From the NCBI GenBank assembly GCA_024276995.1, contig JAJRWB010000076.1:164-64163 (forward strand): a stretch of 64,000 bases of DNA. Reading direction: 5' to 3'. Shown in pieces: positions 26,956 to 36,957 of this stretch; position 1 is the first letter of the stretch; each line of letters starts with the position of its first letter. Both the position numbers and the translations under genes were made by a program. This stretch comes from Candidatus Eiseniibacteriota bacterium. GTDB taxonomy: Bacteria > Orphanbacterota > Orphanbacteria > Orphanbacterales > Orphanbacteraceae. The notes under the pieces are model-generated. The model was not told where the DNA came from. It saw only the letters and a list, made by a program, of their open reading frames with translations, and made no database searches.

Positions 26956-29926
26956 CCGTCCGGTCCGCATCCTACTCACCGGGCCGCCCCGGTCGGGCAA
27001 GACCTCCGAAGCGGCCCGCCTCTTCCGCGAACGAAGCGGTTCTCCTGTCGGGGCGCGCGGCCTCGCCCTCCTGCCCGACGCCGGCGCGGTGGAACAGTTC
27101 CGTCTCCTCGTCGCCGGTGGGAGCGAGCGGGGGGGGTGCTTCGACGACGGGATCACCACCTTCGAGGAGTATGCCGCCCGGCTACTCGGCGTCGATCGGG
27201 AAGAGCTGACCCTTCCCGAGGAGGAATCGCTCCTCCTCTTCGCCATCCGCTCGCGTCTCCCGTCGCCGCCGGCGGAGCGGATCGCGGCCCCGGGGTACAG
27301 AGGGGCGCTCCTCCAATGGATCGCCGATCTTCGCGAGGCGCTCATCGACGCGCCCGCCATGGACGATCTGCTCGCCGTCCTCGAAGGGCCGCAGCCGCGA
27401 CTGCGCGCCCTTCGCGACTTCGCACGCGCCTTCCACCGCGCCGCACGGAGGCGCTCCTTCCGTTTCCGCTCGCTCCTCCCCGCCGAGGCGGCGCGCCGCA
27501 TCGAGGAAGACGACCTTCCCGGCCCTCCCCTCGCTCTTCTCGTGGTCGATGGATTCCACCGCTTCTCTCCCGTGCGGCTCGCCTTTCTCGAGGCGCTCGC
27601 GAAGCGGATTCCCGAAGTATTGATCACCCTTCCGTCGGCGGACGGCGAGGAAGAATGGTCGGACGAGGCGATCGCCATGGCGGCGTCCTCCCTCGCCGAG
27701 CTTTTCGATCTCACCGAGGAGAAGCTCGAGGCGCCGCCGTCCCGGCGGGCCGTCGTTTTCATGGGCGGCGCTTCCCGGGAAGAGGAAATCGAAAGGATCG
27801 GCAGGGAAATCGTGAAGAGCTGTGCCGACGAGGGGAGGGCGCCCGGCGATCATGCCATCCTCTTCCGATCGATCGGTTCGTACCGGGAAGCGGTCGAGTC
27901 GGTATTCCGGCGGTTCGCCATCCCGTACACGGCACGATTCCAGGTCCCCCTCGCGTCGAGCGGAGCCGGGAGGAGTCTTCTCGACATGACCGGTCTCGTC
28001 ACCGAAGGAGTCTCCCGCAGCGCCCTCGAGCCGATCGTGAAGAACCGGATATTCGGCGCCGCCGTCGATCGGGCCGACGAGGTGATCGGGCGATGGAGGC
28101 GACTCCCTGCGCCGGGCGATCCCGCGTTTCCCGACCGCGACGCGGATGTGTTCGAGAGGGGGTTCCTGAGCGAGTCGGTCGAGCCTTTCATCCGGATGGC
28201 CCGGGATGCGCGCGCCCTGCGGGGGGGGGACGTCGTGCGTCTCCTTCGCGAAACATGGCGCGAGCTGATCGGCGCCTTTCCTCCGGTGGACCGGCTCCTT
28301 CCAAGGGACGCGGCGCTTCTCGGAGCGTCGATCGCGAGGGCGGACCTTCTCCTCGAACGATCGGCGCGCCTCTTCGACGATCTTCCCGCGCTCCGCCGCT
28401 TGGCGGCGGCGCGTGTCTGCTCCCTTCTCGCGGATGAGATCCACAGGGCGCGCTTCTCCTTTCTCTCGGGCGACGGGGGAGGTGTGCGCATCGACGACTA
28501 TCGCCACGGAGAGAATCTTTCTCTCCCCGTGGTCTTCCTCGCGGGCCTCTCCCACGACGCCGTCCCGCGCCCGTGGCGGCCCGGTTCATTCTGGAACGAC
28601 ACCGACAGGGAACGCCTCGGCGAAACAGGGCAGTTTCGCATCCCCTGCAGGGCGTCGCACCGCGCCGAGGAGCGTTTTCTCTTCCGGCGGGCTTTCACCA
28701 GGGCGTCGGATATCGTTTATCTATCAATGAGAGCTTTCGACTCCGCCGGCAGGGAGCTTACGGAATCCCCTTTTCGCGAGGAGATCCGCGAGAGCGAGCA
28801 GGCGCGCCCGCTCGACGATCGCCGGCTGCTCGAGCGGTTCGACCATGTCGACTCGATGGCGCGCCCGGCGGACGTGCTCCCCTTCATCGCCCGGAGCATC
28901 GAATCGTCGCGGCGCCGGTCGGCCGATCTGTCCCTCGCCGCCGCTTTGGTCGACTGCCTCGGACTCGTGCCGCCGCCGCGTCCACGGGACTTTCGCGACA
29001 CGGTGAACCTGGGCGCTCTCCGGGAGTTTCGTGCCTGGGCCGGCGGGAAGAGTCGGTTTTCCGTCAGCGAACTCGAGGAGTACCGCACCTGCCCCTGGCG
29101 CTATCTCTCCCGCCACGTTCTTCGTCTCGCCGACAGGGAGGAGACGCCGGAGTTCGCCTTCTCCCCATCGGTGGAAGGGGAGGTGATGCACGCCGTGCTC
29201 GAGGAGGTTCTCCGCGATGGGGGGGGGATCGACGGGAAGATCACCGCGCGCTTCGAGAGCGCCCGGAGCGGTTTTCCCGAAAGACCGGCGCACAGGCTCG
29301 CCCGCGAGGAATTGCGCTCGGCGCTCCACGAACTTCTGGCGCAGGACGGTCTCTTCCGGCGACGCTCCGGCTGGACGGTCCGCGACGTCGAGGTTCGTTT
29401 CGGCGGCGATTCCGGCAACGGTGTGAAAGCGGGCACGATTCTCCTGGGAGGTCGGATCGACCGGATCGACACGGTGAAGAAAGACGGGTCCGCGGTGGTG
29501 GTGATCGACTACAAGCGGACCGCTCCCTCGCCGCGTGCCCTGTCGGCGGCGCTCGAGAGCGGCGCGCACCTCGCTCTTCCCATCTATCTTCTCGCTGCCA
29601 AGGCGCACGCGGCGGCGGATGCCGTCGGGGCGTTTCTCCTCGGTGTCCGCTCGGGGGGGCGTGTCGGCTTCGTCCGGCGCTCGGCGGTCGACGCCGGGCG
29701 GTTTTCCGAAGAAGACCTGGATAGACGAAAAATCAGTGTATTGAAGGATGATCGTTTCGACGCCCTCACGGCGTACGCGCTGAAAGAGGCGGTGCGGATC
29801 GCCCGGTCGGCCGTGAAGGGTTCCTTTCCCGTCGAGCCGGCCGACGCCGACACGTGCGCGAAGCTCACCTGCCCGTTCGGCGATTTCTGTCGCGTCGTTC
29901 TCGCCGCTCGGGAGGAGAAGAAGTGA
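26942..29926 (+). CDS. addB: AddB-like helicase-nuclease subunit B.
   Basis: An N-terminal degenerate P-loop LLTGPPRSGKTS is present. The C-terminus is RecB-like with VIDYKRTA and the Fe-S Cys cluster CPWRY...CAKLTCPFGDFC. It sits immediately upstream of addA and its start overlaps the yhaM end. Confidence 0.75.
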   Translation: MEGRDRPVRILLTGPPRSGKTSEAARLFRERSGSPVGARGLALLPDAGAVEQFRLLVAGGSERGGCFDDGITTFEEYAARLLGVDREELTLPEEESLLLFAIRSRLPSPPAERIAAPGYRGALLQWIADLREALIDAPAMDDLLAVLEGPQPRLRALRDFARAFHRAARRRSFRFRSLLPAEAARRIEEDDLPGPPLALLVVDGFHRFSPVRLAFLEALAKRIPEVLITLPSADGEEEWSDEAIAMAASSLAELFDLTEEKLEAPPSRRAVVFMGGASREEEIERIGREIVKSCADEGRAPGDHAILFRSIGSYREAVESVFRRFAIPYTARFQVPLASSGAGRSLLDMTGLVTEGVSRSALEPIVKNRIFGAAVDRADEVIGRWRRLPAPGDPAFPDRDADVFERGFLSESVEPFIRMARDARALRGGDVVRLLRETWRELIGAFPPVDRLLPRDAALLGASIARADLLLERSARLFDDLPALRRLAAARVCSLLADEIHRARFSFLSGDGGGVRIDDYRHGENLSLPVVFLAGLSHDAVPRPWRPGSFWNDTDRERLGETGQFRIPCRASHRAEERFLFRRAFTRASDIVYLSMRAFDSAGRELTESPFREEIRESEQARPLDDRRLLERFDHVDSMARPADVLPFIARSIESSRRRSADLSLAAALVDCLGLVPPPRPRDFRDTVNLGALREFRAWAGGKSRFSVSELEEYRTCPWRYLSRHVLRLADREETPEFAFSPSVEGEVMHAVLEEVLRDGGGIDGKITARFESARSGFPERPAHRLAREELRSALHELLAQDGLFRRRSGWTVRDVEVRFGGDSGNGVKAGTILLGGRIDRIDTVKKDGSAVVVIDYKRTAPSPRALSAALESGAHLALPIYLLAAKAHAAADAVGAFLLGVRSGGRVGFVRRSAVDAGRFSEEDLDRRKISVLKDDRFDALTAYALKEAVRIARSAVKGSFPVEPADADTCAKLTCPFGDFCRVVLAAREEKK

Positions 29927-32900
29927 GCGCCCCGAAGGGAGGGGAGAGGCTCACGGGGGTGCAAGAGCGGGCGGTCCGTGCCGGGGATCGCGATCTGTGG
30001 CTTACCGCCGGCGCCGGTTCCGGAAAGACGAGGGTGCTCACCGAGCGTTATCTCCACCTTCATCTGGCCCGCTCCATCCCGCTCCAACAGATCTTGGCGG
30101 TGACCTTCACCGAGAAGGCGGCGGGCGAGATGCGCGGTCGCATCGCCCGAAGGCTGCGCGAAGCGGGTCGTCGCGATTCTCTCCGCGACCTCCCCCATGC
30201 ACCGATCGGTACGATCGATTCGTTCTGCCTCTCCCTGGCGCGGGAGTACGCCGATCGGGGGGGAATCGATCCGTCGCTTCGTGTTCTCGATCCTGTGGAG
30301 GCGGCCGAGTGGGAAGAGGAGGTGTGGGCCGACGTGCTCGATACATGGTGGGCGAAGAGAAGGCGCGATAGCATCCTTCTTCTGGGCGCACTGCCATGGA
30401 ATACGGGCCTTCGCCATGTCGGGGGCATCGATCCGGCGCCGCTCCTCTCGCTCGTGAGGCGGATCCGGACCGCCGGCGTCGACCCGCGGAGTGTTTCATT
30501 CGAGGTGGACGGCGAGGCGCTCGTGTCGCGGATCTGGGAGGAAGCGCCTCCCCTCCTTACGCGGGTGCGCCGGCTGATCGACGCCGGGCAGACGAAAAAG
30601 ACGACCGAGAAACTGGAACAGCTTCTCCGTCTCGGCGAGGGGGCGTCCCTTTCCGGCGAGGAAAAAGCGCGTCTTGCCGGACGAGTCCGCGAGGCGGTGA
30701 GTCTCCGCGTGGGCGCCGCCGCCAGGGAAACCGTGCGGGAGGGGATCGCCCTGCTCGACCGCCTCCGTCTCGCCGGGAACGAAATCGCTCTCGGTCGTGC
30801 CCGGGCTTTCCTGGGTGAACTTCTCCTCGATTTCCACCGTCGCTTCTCGTCGAGGAAGGAGCGCGCGGCGGCGGCCGATTTCCTTGATATCGAAGAGATC
30901 GCCGCCCGGCTTCTCGCCGATCGGGATGTGCGCCGGGATGTGCGCGGGAGGCGGCGCTACCTTCTCCTCGACGAATGCCAGGATACGAATGCCCTTCAGC
31001 TCGACATCGTCCGCCGCCTGCGAAGCCCGGGCCGATTCCTCGCGGTGGGCGACGCGAAGCAGTCGATCTACCGCTTCCGCGACGCCGACGTCACGGCATT
31101 CGTTGAAATGGGAAGGAGCCTCGGACCGACCGCCGACAGGCTCGATCTCAGCGAGAACTTCAGGAGCCGCGGGGCGATTCTCGACTGGGTGAACCGCTTC
31201 TTCCCATTGATCTGGAAGGAGAACGACGGGATGGGCGTCCCCTTCGAGCCTCTCGAGTCGGCGAGGGACGATTTTCCCGCCAAGGCGGAGCCGTCGGTCG
31301 AGTTCCTCCGCGTCATCGGGAACGGAGGTGCCGGCGGTGCCAGGGAGGAGGAGGCGGCTCTTCTCGCCGAAAGGCTCGCCGCGCTCGACCGGGAGGGAAT
31401 CGACGATCTCGGCTACGGCGACATGGCGATCCTCTTCCGCAGCGCCGCGGGGATGGCCGTGTTCGAGCGGGCGCTCCGGGAGAGGGGGATCCCCGCCGTG
31501 GTGGCGGTGGGCCGCGGATTCTTCCAGTCGAGGGAGGTGGCCGATCTTCTCACCGGTCTGCGGCTCGTGGACGATTGCCGTTCCGATATCGATGTCGCCG
31601 CGGCGCTCCGCTCTCCGCTCGCGTCCGTCGGCGACGACGATATCGCCCGTCTCCTCCTGGAGAGGGGGGAGGAGCCGCTCATCGCCCGGCTCGGGAAGCG
31701 CGAAGCGCTCTCCTCGCTCACCGACGAGGGTGCCGCGCGGGCCGGTCGTTTCGGGCGTCTCCTCCGCCAGCTCCGGGAACTGCGCGGTCTTCTTCCGGCG
31801 GGGCGTCTTCTGGAGATGCTCGCCGCGGAGACCGGTTTTCTCGATTCCCTTCTCACGAGCCGCGGAGGCCGACGGCGGTACGCCAACAGCGTGAAGCTGA
31901 TCGAAATCGCGCGCGACATCGACCGCCGCGGCGATCTTTCGCTCCCCGAAACGATCGCGGCGCTCCAGCGCTACCGCGTCACGCGGCTGAGGGAACCGGA
32001 GTCGGCCACCGACGAGGAGCGGTTCGCCGTCAGGCTCATGACGATCCACGGCGCCAAAGGGATGCAATTTCCCCTCGTGGCGGTGGCCGACATCGGAAGG
32101 CGAAGCGCCCCCTCCCGCCGTCCGTTCCTTTTCCGGCGGGGCGAAGTGGTGGGAATTCGAGGCCGCCACGCCGAAACATACACATACAGGGAGCTTCTCG
32201 AACGGGAAAAAGACGAAGAGAAGGCGGAGGAAGCGCGGCTCTTCTATGTCGCCGTCACCCGGGCGGAGCGTCATCTCATCGTGTCGGGAAGCCGCACCGG
32301 AAGGAGCGCCGCCTGGCTCGATCTCCTCGAGAAGAGCGGTGTCCCGTTCGATACGCCGGGCGGCGGGATCCACTGCGGTGTCCCGGTGAACATCATCGAC
32401 CCGTCCGCCGCCGCGCCGCGCCGCACCGGGCGGCGTCTCACGTTGAGCCGTTTCCTCGCCGACACGTCGCGCCGCGCCGCGAAGGCGGATGGACCGAAAG
32501 TGGAGAAGATCATCCGCCGGCTCACAGCCGTCCTGCCTGCCGCGTCCCCCGCCGCAGGGCGGACGGTCACTGCCGTCGATCTCTTCCGGCGGTGCGCGGA
32601 GAAGTATCGGCTCTCCCGTCTCTTTCTCCCTCCCGGTGAGATGGGGGAAGTTTCCCCTGAAGAAGGGGGGGGGCGCGAGAGCGGCCTCGGCGGCGCCGAG
32701 GAGGGGACGCTCTTTCACTCCGCCATGGAGGCGGCGATGCGCCGCCGCGCGTCGGGCCCACCGGCGGAAGAGTCGCCGGCGTTGTCGCCGAAGATTGCCG
32801 CGTGGCGCGACGCCGTGCTTGCGCTTCCGGCGATGAAGAAGATTCTCGCCGGTGCCGATGTCGACGCGGAACGGTCGTTCGCGGTGATCATCGAAGGGGC

Positions 32901-33264
32901 GCTCCTGAGGGGGAAGGTCGATCTCCTCGCGCGCTCCGCCGACGGCTGGCACGTGATCGACTACAAGACCGACCGCGCCGCCCCGGAGGAGATCGCCGCC
33001 CGTCACGCGACGGCGCTCGCTCTCTACAGACTCGCCCTCTCTCGTCTTGCGGGGGAACGGATCGCCGTGCGCGCGTCGATCGTGGCAGTGAGGGCCCGCC
33101 TCCTCCTGCCTGTGCCGGAGGAGGCCGACCTCGAGGCGCTCGATTCCCTCCGACGATTCGATCGGGCGGTCAGGGCGGAGCGGTTCGATCCCCCGCCTGC
33201 GCCGCCGTGCGCTTCTTGCGAATACCGCTTCGCATGCAGGAAGAGGCGCTCCAACGGCCGCTAG
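29923..33264 (+). CDS. addA: AddA-like UvrD/Rep-family helicase with a C-terminal PD-(D/E)xK nuclease domain.
   Basis: LTAGAGSGKTRVLTERY, VTFTEKAAGEMRGRI, LLLDECQDTNALQ, IHGAKGMQFP and the nuclease motif GKVDLLARSADGWHVIDYKTD are all present. The GTG start overlaps the addB stop by 4 nt. Confidence 0.8.
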   Translation: MSAPKGGERLTGVQERAVRAGDRDLWLTAGAGSGKTRVLTERYLHLHLARSIPLQQILAVTFTEKAAGEMRGRIARRLREAGRRDSLRDLPHAPIGTIDSFCLSLAREYADRGGIDPSLRVLDPVEAAEWEEEVWADVLDTWWAKRRRDSILLLGALPWNTGLRHVGGIDPAPLLSLVRRIRTAGVDPRSVSFEVDGEALVSRIWEEAPPLLTRVRRLIDAGQTKKTTEKLEQLLRLGEGASLSGEEKARLAGRVREAVSLRVGAAARETVREGIALLDRLRLAGNEIALGRARAFLGELLLDFHRRFSSRKERAAAADFLDIEEIAARLLADRDVRRDVRGRRRYLLLDECQDTNALQLDIVRRLRSPGRFLAVGDAKQSIYRFRDADVTAFVEMGRSLGPTADRLDLSENFRSRGAILDWVNRFFPLIWKENDGMGVPFEPLESARDDFPAKAEPSVEFLRVIGNGGAGGAREEEAALLAERLAALDREGIDDLGYGDMAILFRSAAGMAVFERALRERGIPAVVAVGRGFFQSREVADLLTGLRLVDDCRSDIDVAAALRSPLASVGDDDIARLLLERGEEPLIARLGKREALSSLTDEGAARAGRFGRLLRQLRELRGLLPAGRLLEMLAAETGFLDSLLTSRGGRRRYANSVKLIEIARDIDRRGDLSLPETIAALQRYRVTRLREPESATDEERFAVRLMTIHGAKGMQFPLVAVADIGRRSAPSRRPFLFRRGEVVGIRGRHAETYTYRELLEREKDEEKAEEARLFYVAVTRAERHLIVSGSRTGRSAAWLDLLEKSGVPFDTPGGGIHCGVPVNIIDPSAAAPRRTGRRLTLSRFLADTSRRAAKADGPKVEKIIRRLTAVLPAASPAAGRTVTAVDLFRRCAEKYRLSRLFLPPGEMGEVSPEEGGGRESGLGGAEEGTLFHSAMEAAMRRRASGPPAEESPALSPKIAAWRDAVLALPAMKKILAGADVDAERSFAVIIEGALLRGKVDLLARSADGWHVIDYKTDRAAPEEIAARHATALALYRLALSRLAGERIAVRASIVAVRARLLLPVPEEADLEALDSLRRFDRAVRAERFDPPPAPPCASCEYRFACRKRRSNGR

Positions 33265-33275
33265 CGCGTTTCCCT

Positions 33276-33310
33276 CGGGGAAAAGCCCCGTGCTCCGGGC
33301 CCGGGGCTTT
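33276..33310. terminator. Possible hairpin terminator(s) between the convergent addA and PQQ-propeller genes.
   Basis: CGGGGAAAAGCCCCG followed by GCCCCG...CGGGGC and UUU. The U-tract is weak. Confidence 0.3.
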
Positions 33311-33337
33311 GGAAAACGATCGATCGGCCGTCCCCGA

Positions 33338-35821
33338 TCAGCGAAGCAGCATGAGCTTCCCTGTTCGGCTGAATCGGTCGCTCCGGATCCGGCAGAAATA
33401 CGTGCCGCTCGCCGCCGGAACACCCGCCATATTCTCACCGTTCCAAACAACGCTGTGCGTATTCTTTTTCCTGAAACCGTCGACAAGTGTGCGAACGAGT
33501 CTGCCGTTGACATCATAGATGCTGAGATTTACCCAGGAATCACTTGCAAGGGAGTATTCGATCGTGGTGACCGGATTGAAAGGATTCGGATAGTTGCGAA
33601 CCAAAGCATTCCGGGGTATTTCGGTCTCGCCCGACCCGTCATCGGGGACGGACGTGAAGATCTGCTTTTTCGAGCCGATCCCGTACAGGCTTCCACCGTA
33701 GGAACCCACGTAGATCGTTCCGTCGGGACCGATTGCCGGTGATGAATACACGAACCCGCCCGTATCGTAGTGCCACAATTCGGTCCCGTCCGGATCGATC
33801 GCGTAGATGTTGCCGTCTATCGATCCCACGTAGATCGTGCCGTCGGCACTGACTGCCGGGGACGAGTGCACATCATTCCCCATGGTGAAGTGCCACCTCT
33901 CGGTGCCATTGTCCGGGTCGATCGCATAGAGATTATTGTCGTCCGATCCTACGTAGATCGTGCCGTCGCTTCCCAGCGCCGGGGAAGAACCGACGTTCCC
34001 GCCGGTGGGGAAGCGCCACTGTTCGACGCCGGCGGGGCTGACGGCGTAGAGGTTGCCATCTCCCGATCCCACGTAGACTGTGCCGTCGCTTCCCAGTGCC
34101 GGGGAAGAACTCACGGAGCTTCCCGCAGTAAAATGCCATCGTTCCGTGCCGTCGGGGTTGATCGCGTAAAGATTATGGTCGCTCGATCCCACGTAGATCA
34201 CGCCGTCCCCGTCCAGCGCCGGGGAAGATTGTATCCCCGCTATTCCCCCGGTGGGAAAGCGCCACCGTTCCGTTCCGTTGGGATTGATCGCATAGAGGTT
34301 GCCGTCCTTCGAACCCACGTAGACCGTGCCGCCCATACTTACAACCGGAGAGGATTCCACATCAGATCCGGTGGCGAAACGCCACCGCTCGGTACCGTCT
34401 GGGTTGATCGCATAGAGAGTGTCGTCGGCCGATCCAACGTAGATCGTGCCGTCGGCAGCCACGGCGGGAGACGATCTGACCCAGCCTCCGGTCGGGAAGC
34501 GCCACCGCTCCGAACCGTCGGGGTTGACCGCATAGAGGTTGTTATCTCCCGATCCCACATAGATCGTGCCGTTGTAGATCACCGACGGGGAAGAGAACGT
34601 GAAAACCGCGGCGGCGAAGTCCCATTGCAGGTCCGGTGTCCTGGCGCCCAGGTGGGGGCTATGTCCGGAATGCCCGCCGTCACGGCGGAACATGGGCCAG
34701 TGATCCTCCCCGAGAGCGCAAAGGTAACCTTCCCCCGCTCCGACGTAGACGGTGCCGCCGTAGCCGAGTACCGGCGAAGAGTCGACGTGAATCCCCGCGG
34801 TGAGTTCCCAGCGCCACAGCCTCGTACCGTCTGCGTTGAGAGCGTAGACATACCCATCCCACGAGCCAATATAGATCGTGCCGTCGGCGCCGATCGCCGG
34901 TGAAGAATAAACCGGTCCTCCGGTGGTGTAGTGCCACTTCTCGGTGCCGCCGGCGTCAAGCGCGTAGACGTATCCATTTCCCGATCCGATGTAGATCGTG
35001 CGGTCGGAACCGACCGCCGGGGAAGACCTGACCAGCCCCCCGGTCTGGAAGTGCCACCGCTCTGTGCCGTCCGCGTTGACGGCGTACACCCTGCCGTTCC
35101 CCGACCCCACATAGAGTGTGCTGTCGGAACCGATCGCGGGGGACGAATACACGCCTCCTCCAGCGTCGAAACGCCATTGCTCGACACCGGCGGAATTGAT
35201 CGCGTACAGATAGTTGTCTTCCGATCCCACGTAGATGATGCCGTCGGTTCGAATGGCCGGGGAAGAATTGACAGCGTCTCCCGTGACGAAGCGCCACTGC
35301 TCGGTGCCGTCCGGGTTGATGGCGTACAGGTTGCCGTCCCACGAGCCGACATAGATCGTGCCGTCCGCACCGATCGCCGGGGAAGATCTGACATCATCCC
35401 CGGTGGTGAAGCGCCATCGCTCGGTGCCGTCTGGATTGACGGCATAGAGATTGCCGTCCTGCGCCCCCACATAGATCGTGCCGTCGGCGCCGATCGCCGG
35501 GGAAGACTCTCCTGTCGATCCGATGTTATATTGCCAGCGGAGCGTGCCATCGGGTTCATAGGCGTAGACATATGTGGAAGCGGCGATATAGATGGCGCCG
35601 TCGGAACCGACCGCCGGGGAGGAGGCCACGGGATCTGCTCCGATGAGCTTGCTCCATTTCAAGTCGGATGTCCGGGTACCTTGGTAGGAACTTTGCCCGG
35701 TGTGCGACAGGCCATGCCGAAACAGGGGCCAGGGGCCTTCGTCCGATTGAGCAAAAACGGTGGTCGCAACAGCAAGAGTAACGGCAAGCGCGATACAAGT
35801 GGATGCTCTCATTTTTCTCAC
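33338..35821 (-). CDS. Secreted tandem PQQ-like (BamB-like) β-propeller protein (827 aa) with a Por/T9SS-type C-terminal sorting domain.
   Basis: The signal peptide is MRKMRASTCIALAVTLAVATTVFA. At least 14 repeats have the form DGTIYVGS.DGNLYAINPDGTERWRF. The C-terminus is NYPNPFNPVTTIEYSLASDSWVNLSIYDVNGRLVRTLVDG...WNGENMAGVPAASGTYFCRIRS...TGKLMLLR. Confidence 0.75.
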   Translation of the reverse strand: MRKMRASTCIALAVTLAVATTVFAQSDEGPWPLFRHGLSHTGQSSYQGTRTSDLKWSKLIGADPVASSPAVGSDGAIYIAASTYVYAYEPDGTLRWQYNIGSTGESSPAIGADGTIYVGAQDGNLYAVNPDGTERWRFTTGDDVRSSPAIGADGTIYVGSWDGNLYAINPDGTEQWRFVTGDAVNSSPAIRTDGIIYVGSEDNYLYAINSAGVEQWRFDAGGGVYSSPAIGSDSTLYVGSGNGRVYAVNADGTERWHFQTGGLVRSSPAVGSDRTIYIGSGNGYVYALDAGGTEKWHYTTGGPVYSSPAIGADGTIYIGSWDGYVYALNADGTRLWRWELTAGIHVDSSPVLGYGGTVYVGAGEGYLCALGEDHWPMFRRDGGHSGHSPHLGARTPDLQWDFAAAVFTFSSPSVIYNGTIYVGSGDNNLYAVNPDGSERWRFPTGGWVRSSPAVAADGTIYVGSADDTLYAINPDGTERWRFATGSDVESSPVVSMGGTVYVGSKDGNLYAINPNGTERWRFPTGGIAGIQSSPALDGDGVIYVGSSDHNLYAINPDGTERWHFTAGSSVSSSPALGSDGTVYVGSGDGNLYAVSPAGVEQWRFPTGGNVGSSPALGSDGTIYVGSDDNNLYAIDPDNGTERWHFTMGNDVHSSPAVSADGTIYVGSIDGNIYAIDPDGTELWHYDTGGFVYSSPAIGPDGTIYVGSYGGSLYGIGSKKQIFTSVPDDGSGETEIPRNALVRNYPNPFNPVTTIEYSLASDSWVNLSIYDVNGRLVRTLVDGFRKKNTHSVVWNGENMAGVPAASGTYFCRIRSDRFSRTGKLMLLR

Positions 35822-36348
35822 CTCACAGCGGGTTGTTGCTGAAAGTCACCGCTAAACGGTTTCCTTTGCCGGAGTACTCCGGTGCCCGGGGGCAGGCGGG
35901 CATTCGCTGCGGATATTCTCGGCGTGAGCGCCTTAGAATAATCTTGATGTGTAATGTGTCCGAATAGCACTTAGCAGCGATCTCATTCGACATCGCCTTT
36001 CTGAAACCACTATACAAGAAATTCGTAATTCCGGCAAGTATCAGCCGAGTTACATATGGAATCTCGCAACAGAGCATTGACAAGCGAAATGAACGAAGCC
36101 GGCGAGATGCCGAAAGCAGATACGCCCCCGCACGTCCGCCTACTTCAGCCTTGCCTAATGCGCCCCGACACGTTTCTTGCACGAGTACCCGATCCGTATG
36201 TCCGAAAAAGCGCCCACCTATGCCGGAATCCGCATAGATCCGCCGACTTTTTTCGTTTCACATCGATTCTGCGGGAACCGGGCACATCGTTAAAAAGTTA
36301 AGTATAGTAAGAATAGGACCTGCTCCCCGCAGGAAAGGGGAAGACGTC

Positions 36349-36957
36349 ATGGAGGCGGGAACCTTGAAGCTCAGGTCGGAACAGCTGATCCGCAATCGCT
36401 TATGGCGCCATTCGGTCCTCATCCCGCCCGACGCCGGAGCGGGAGAGATCGCCGGTGTGCTCGAAACCCTTCTGGCCGGTTTGAAAGAGTCGGCCGATTC
36501 ACCGCTCCACCCGTACATCGTCCTCCCCGCCGACGCGGTCGATCTCCCCTATCTCCGTGCCGTGGAAAGGGGAGAGTGCCCCCGTTATCCCGTCATGGGC
36601 GATTTCCGGTCGGTCGCCGACGGAGAAGAGAGGAACGCCCCTTTCGTCTTCCGGCCCGCCGAGCACCGGCTGATCGAGCGGTTCGTCTCCGGTTTCTGGG
36701 GGAACGATCGGTTTGCCCTCTTCCTTTCCCCTCTCGAGCCTCTTCCGTTCTTCCGTGTTCTCGCCCGGTTCCCCCTGGTTCGGAGGAAAGGCGGAGCCCT
36801 GATCTGGTCGCCCTTCTGGGAAAGGCACACTTTCGAGAGGCGGATCTGCGAATCGACCGCGTCGGAAGGAGCCGGTATTTTCCGGTGGATCCGCTACTAC
36901 GTCGGTGAAGGAGGGAAGGGGAGAACGATCCGGATCTATTCGGCGGGAACCGACTAA
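36349..36957 (+). CDS. Hypothetical protein (202 aa) with no family recognised.
   Basis: An AAAGGGGAAG ribosome-binding site lies 5 nt before the ATG. The ORF is clean, not low-complexity, and is preceded by a GC-poor intergenic island. Confidence 0.45.
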   Translation: MEAGTLKLRSEQLIRNRLWRHSVLIPPDAGAGEIAGVLETLLAGLKESADSPLHPYIVLPADAVDLPYLRAVERGECPRYPVMGDFRSVADGEERNAPFVFRPAEHRLIERFVSGFWGNDRFALFLSPLEPLPFFRVLARFPLVRRKGGALIWSPFWERHTFERRICESTASEGAGIFRWIRYYVGEGGKGRTIRIYSAGTD

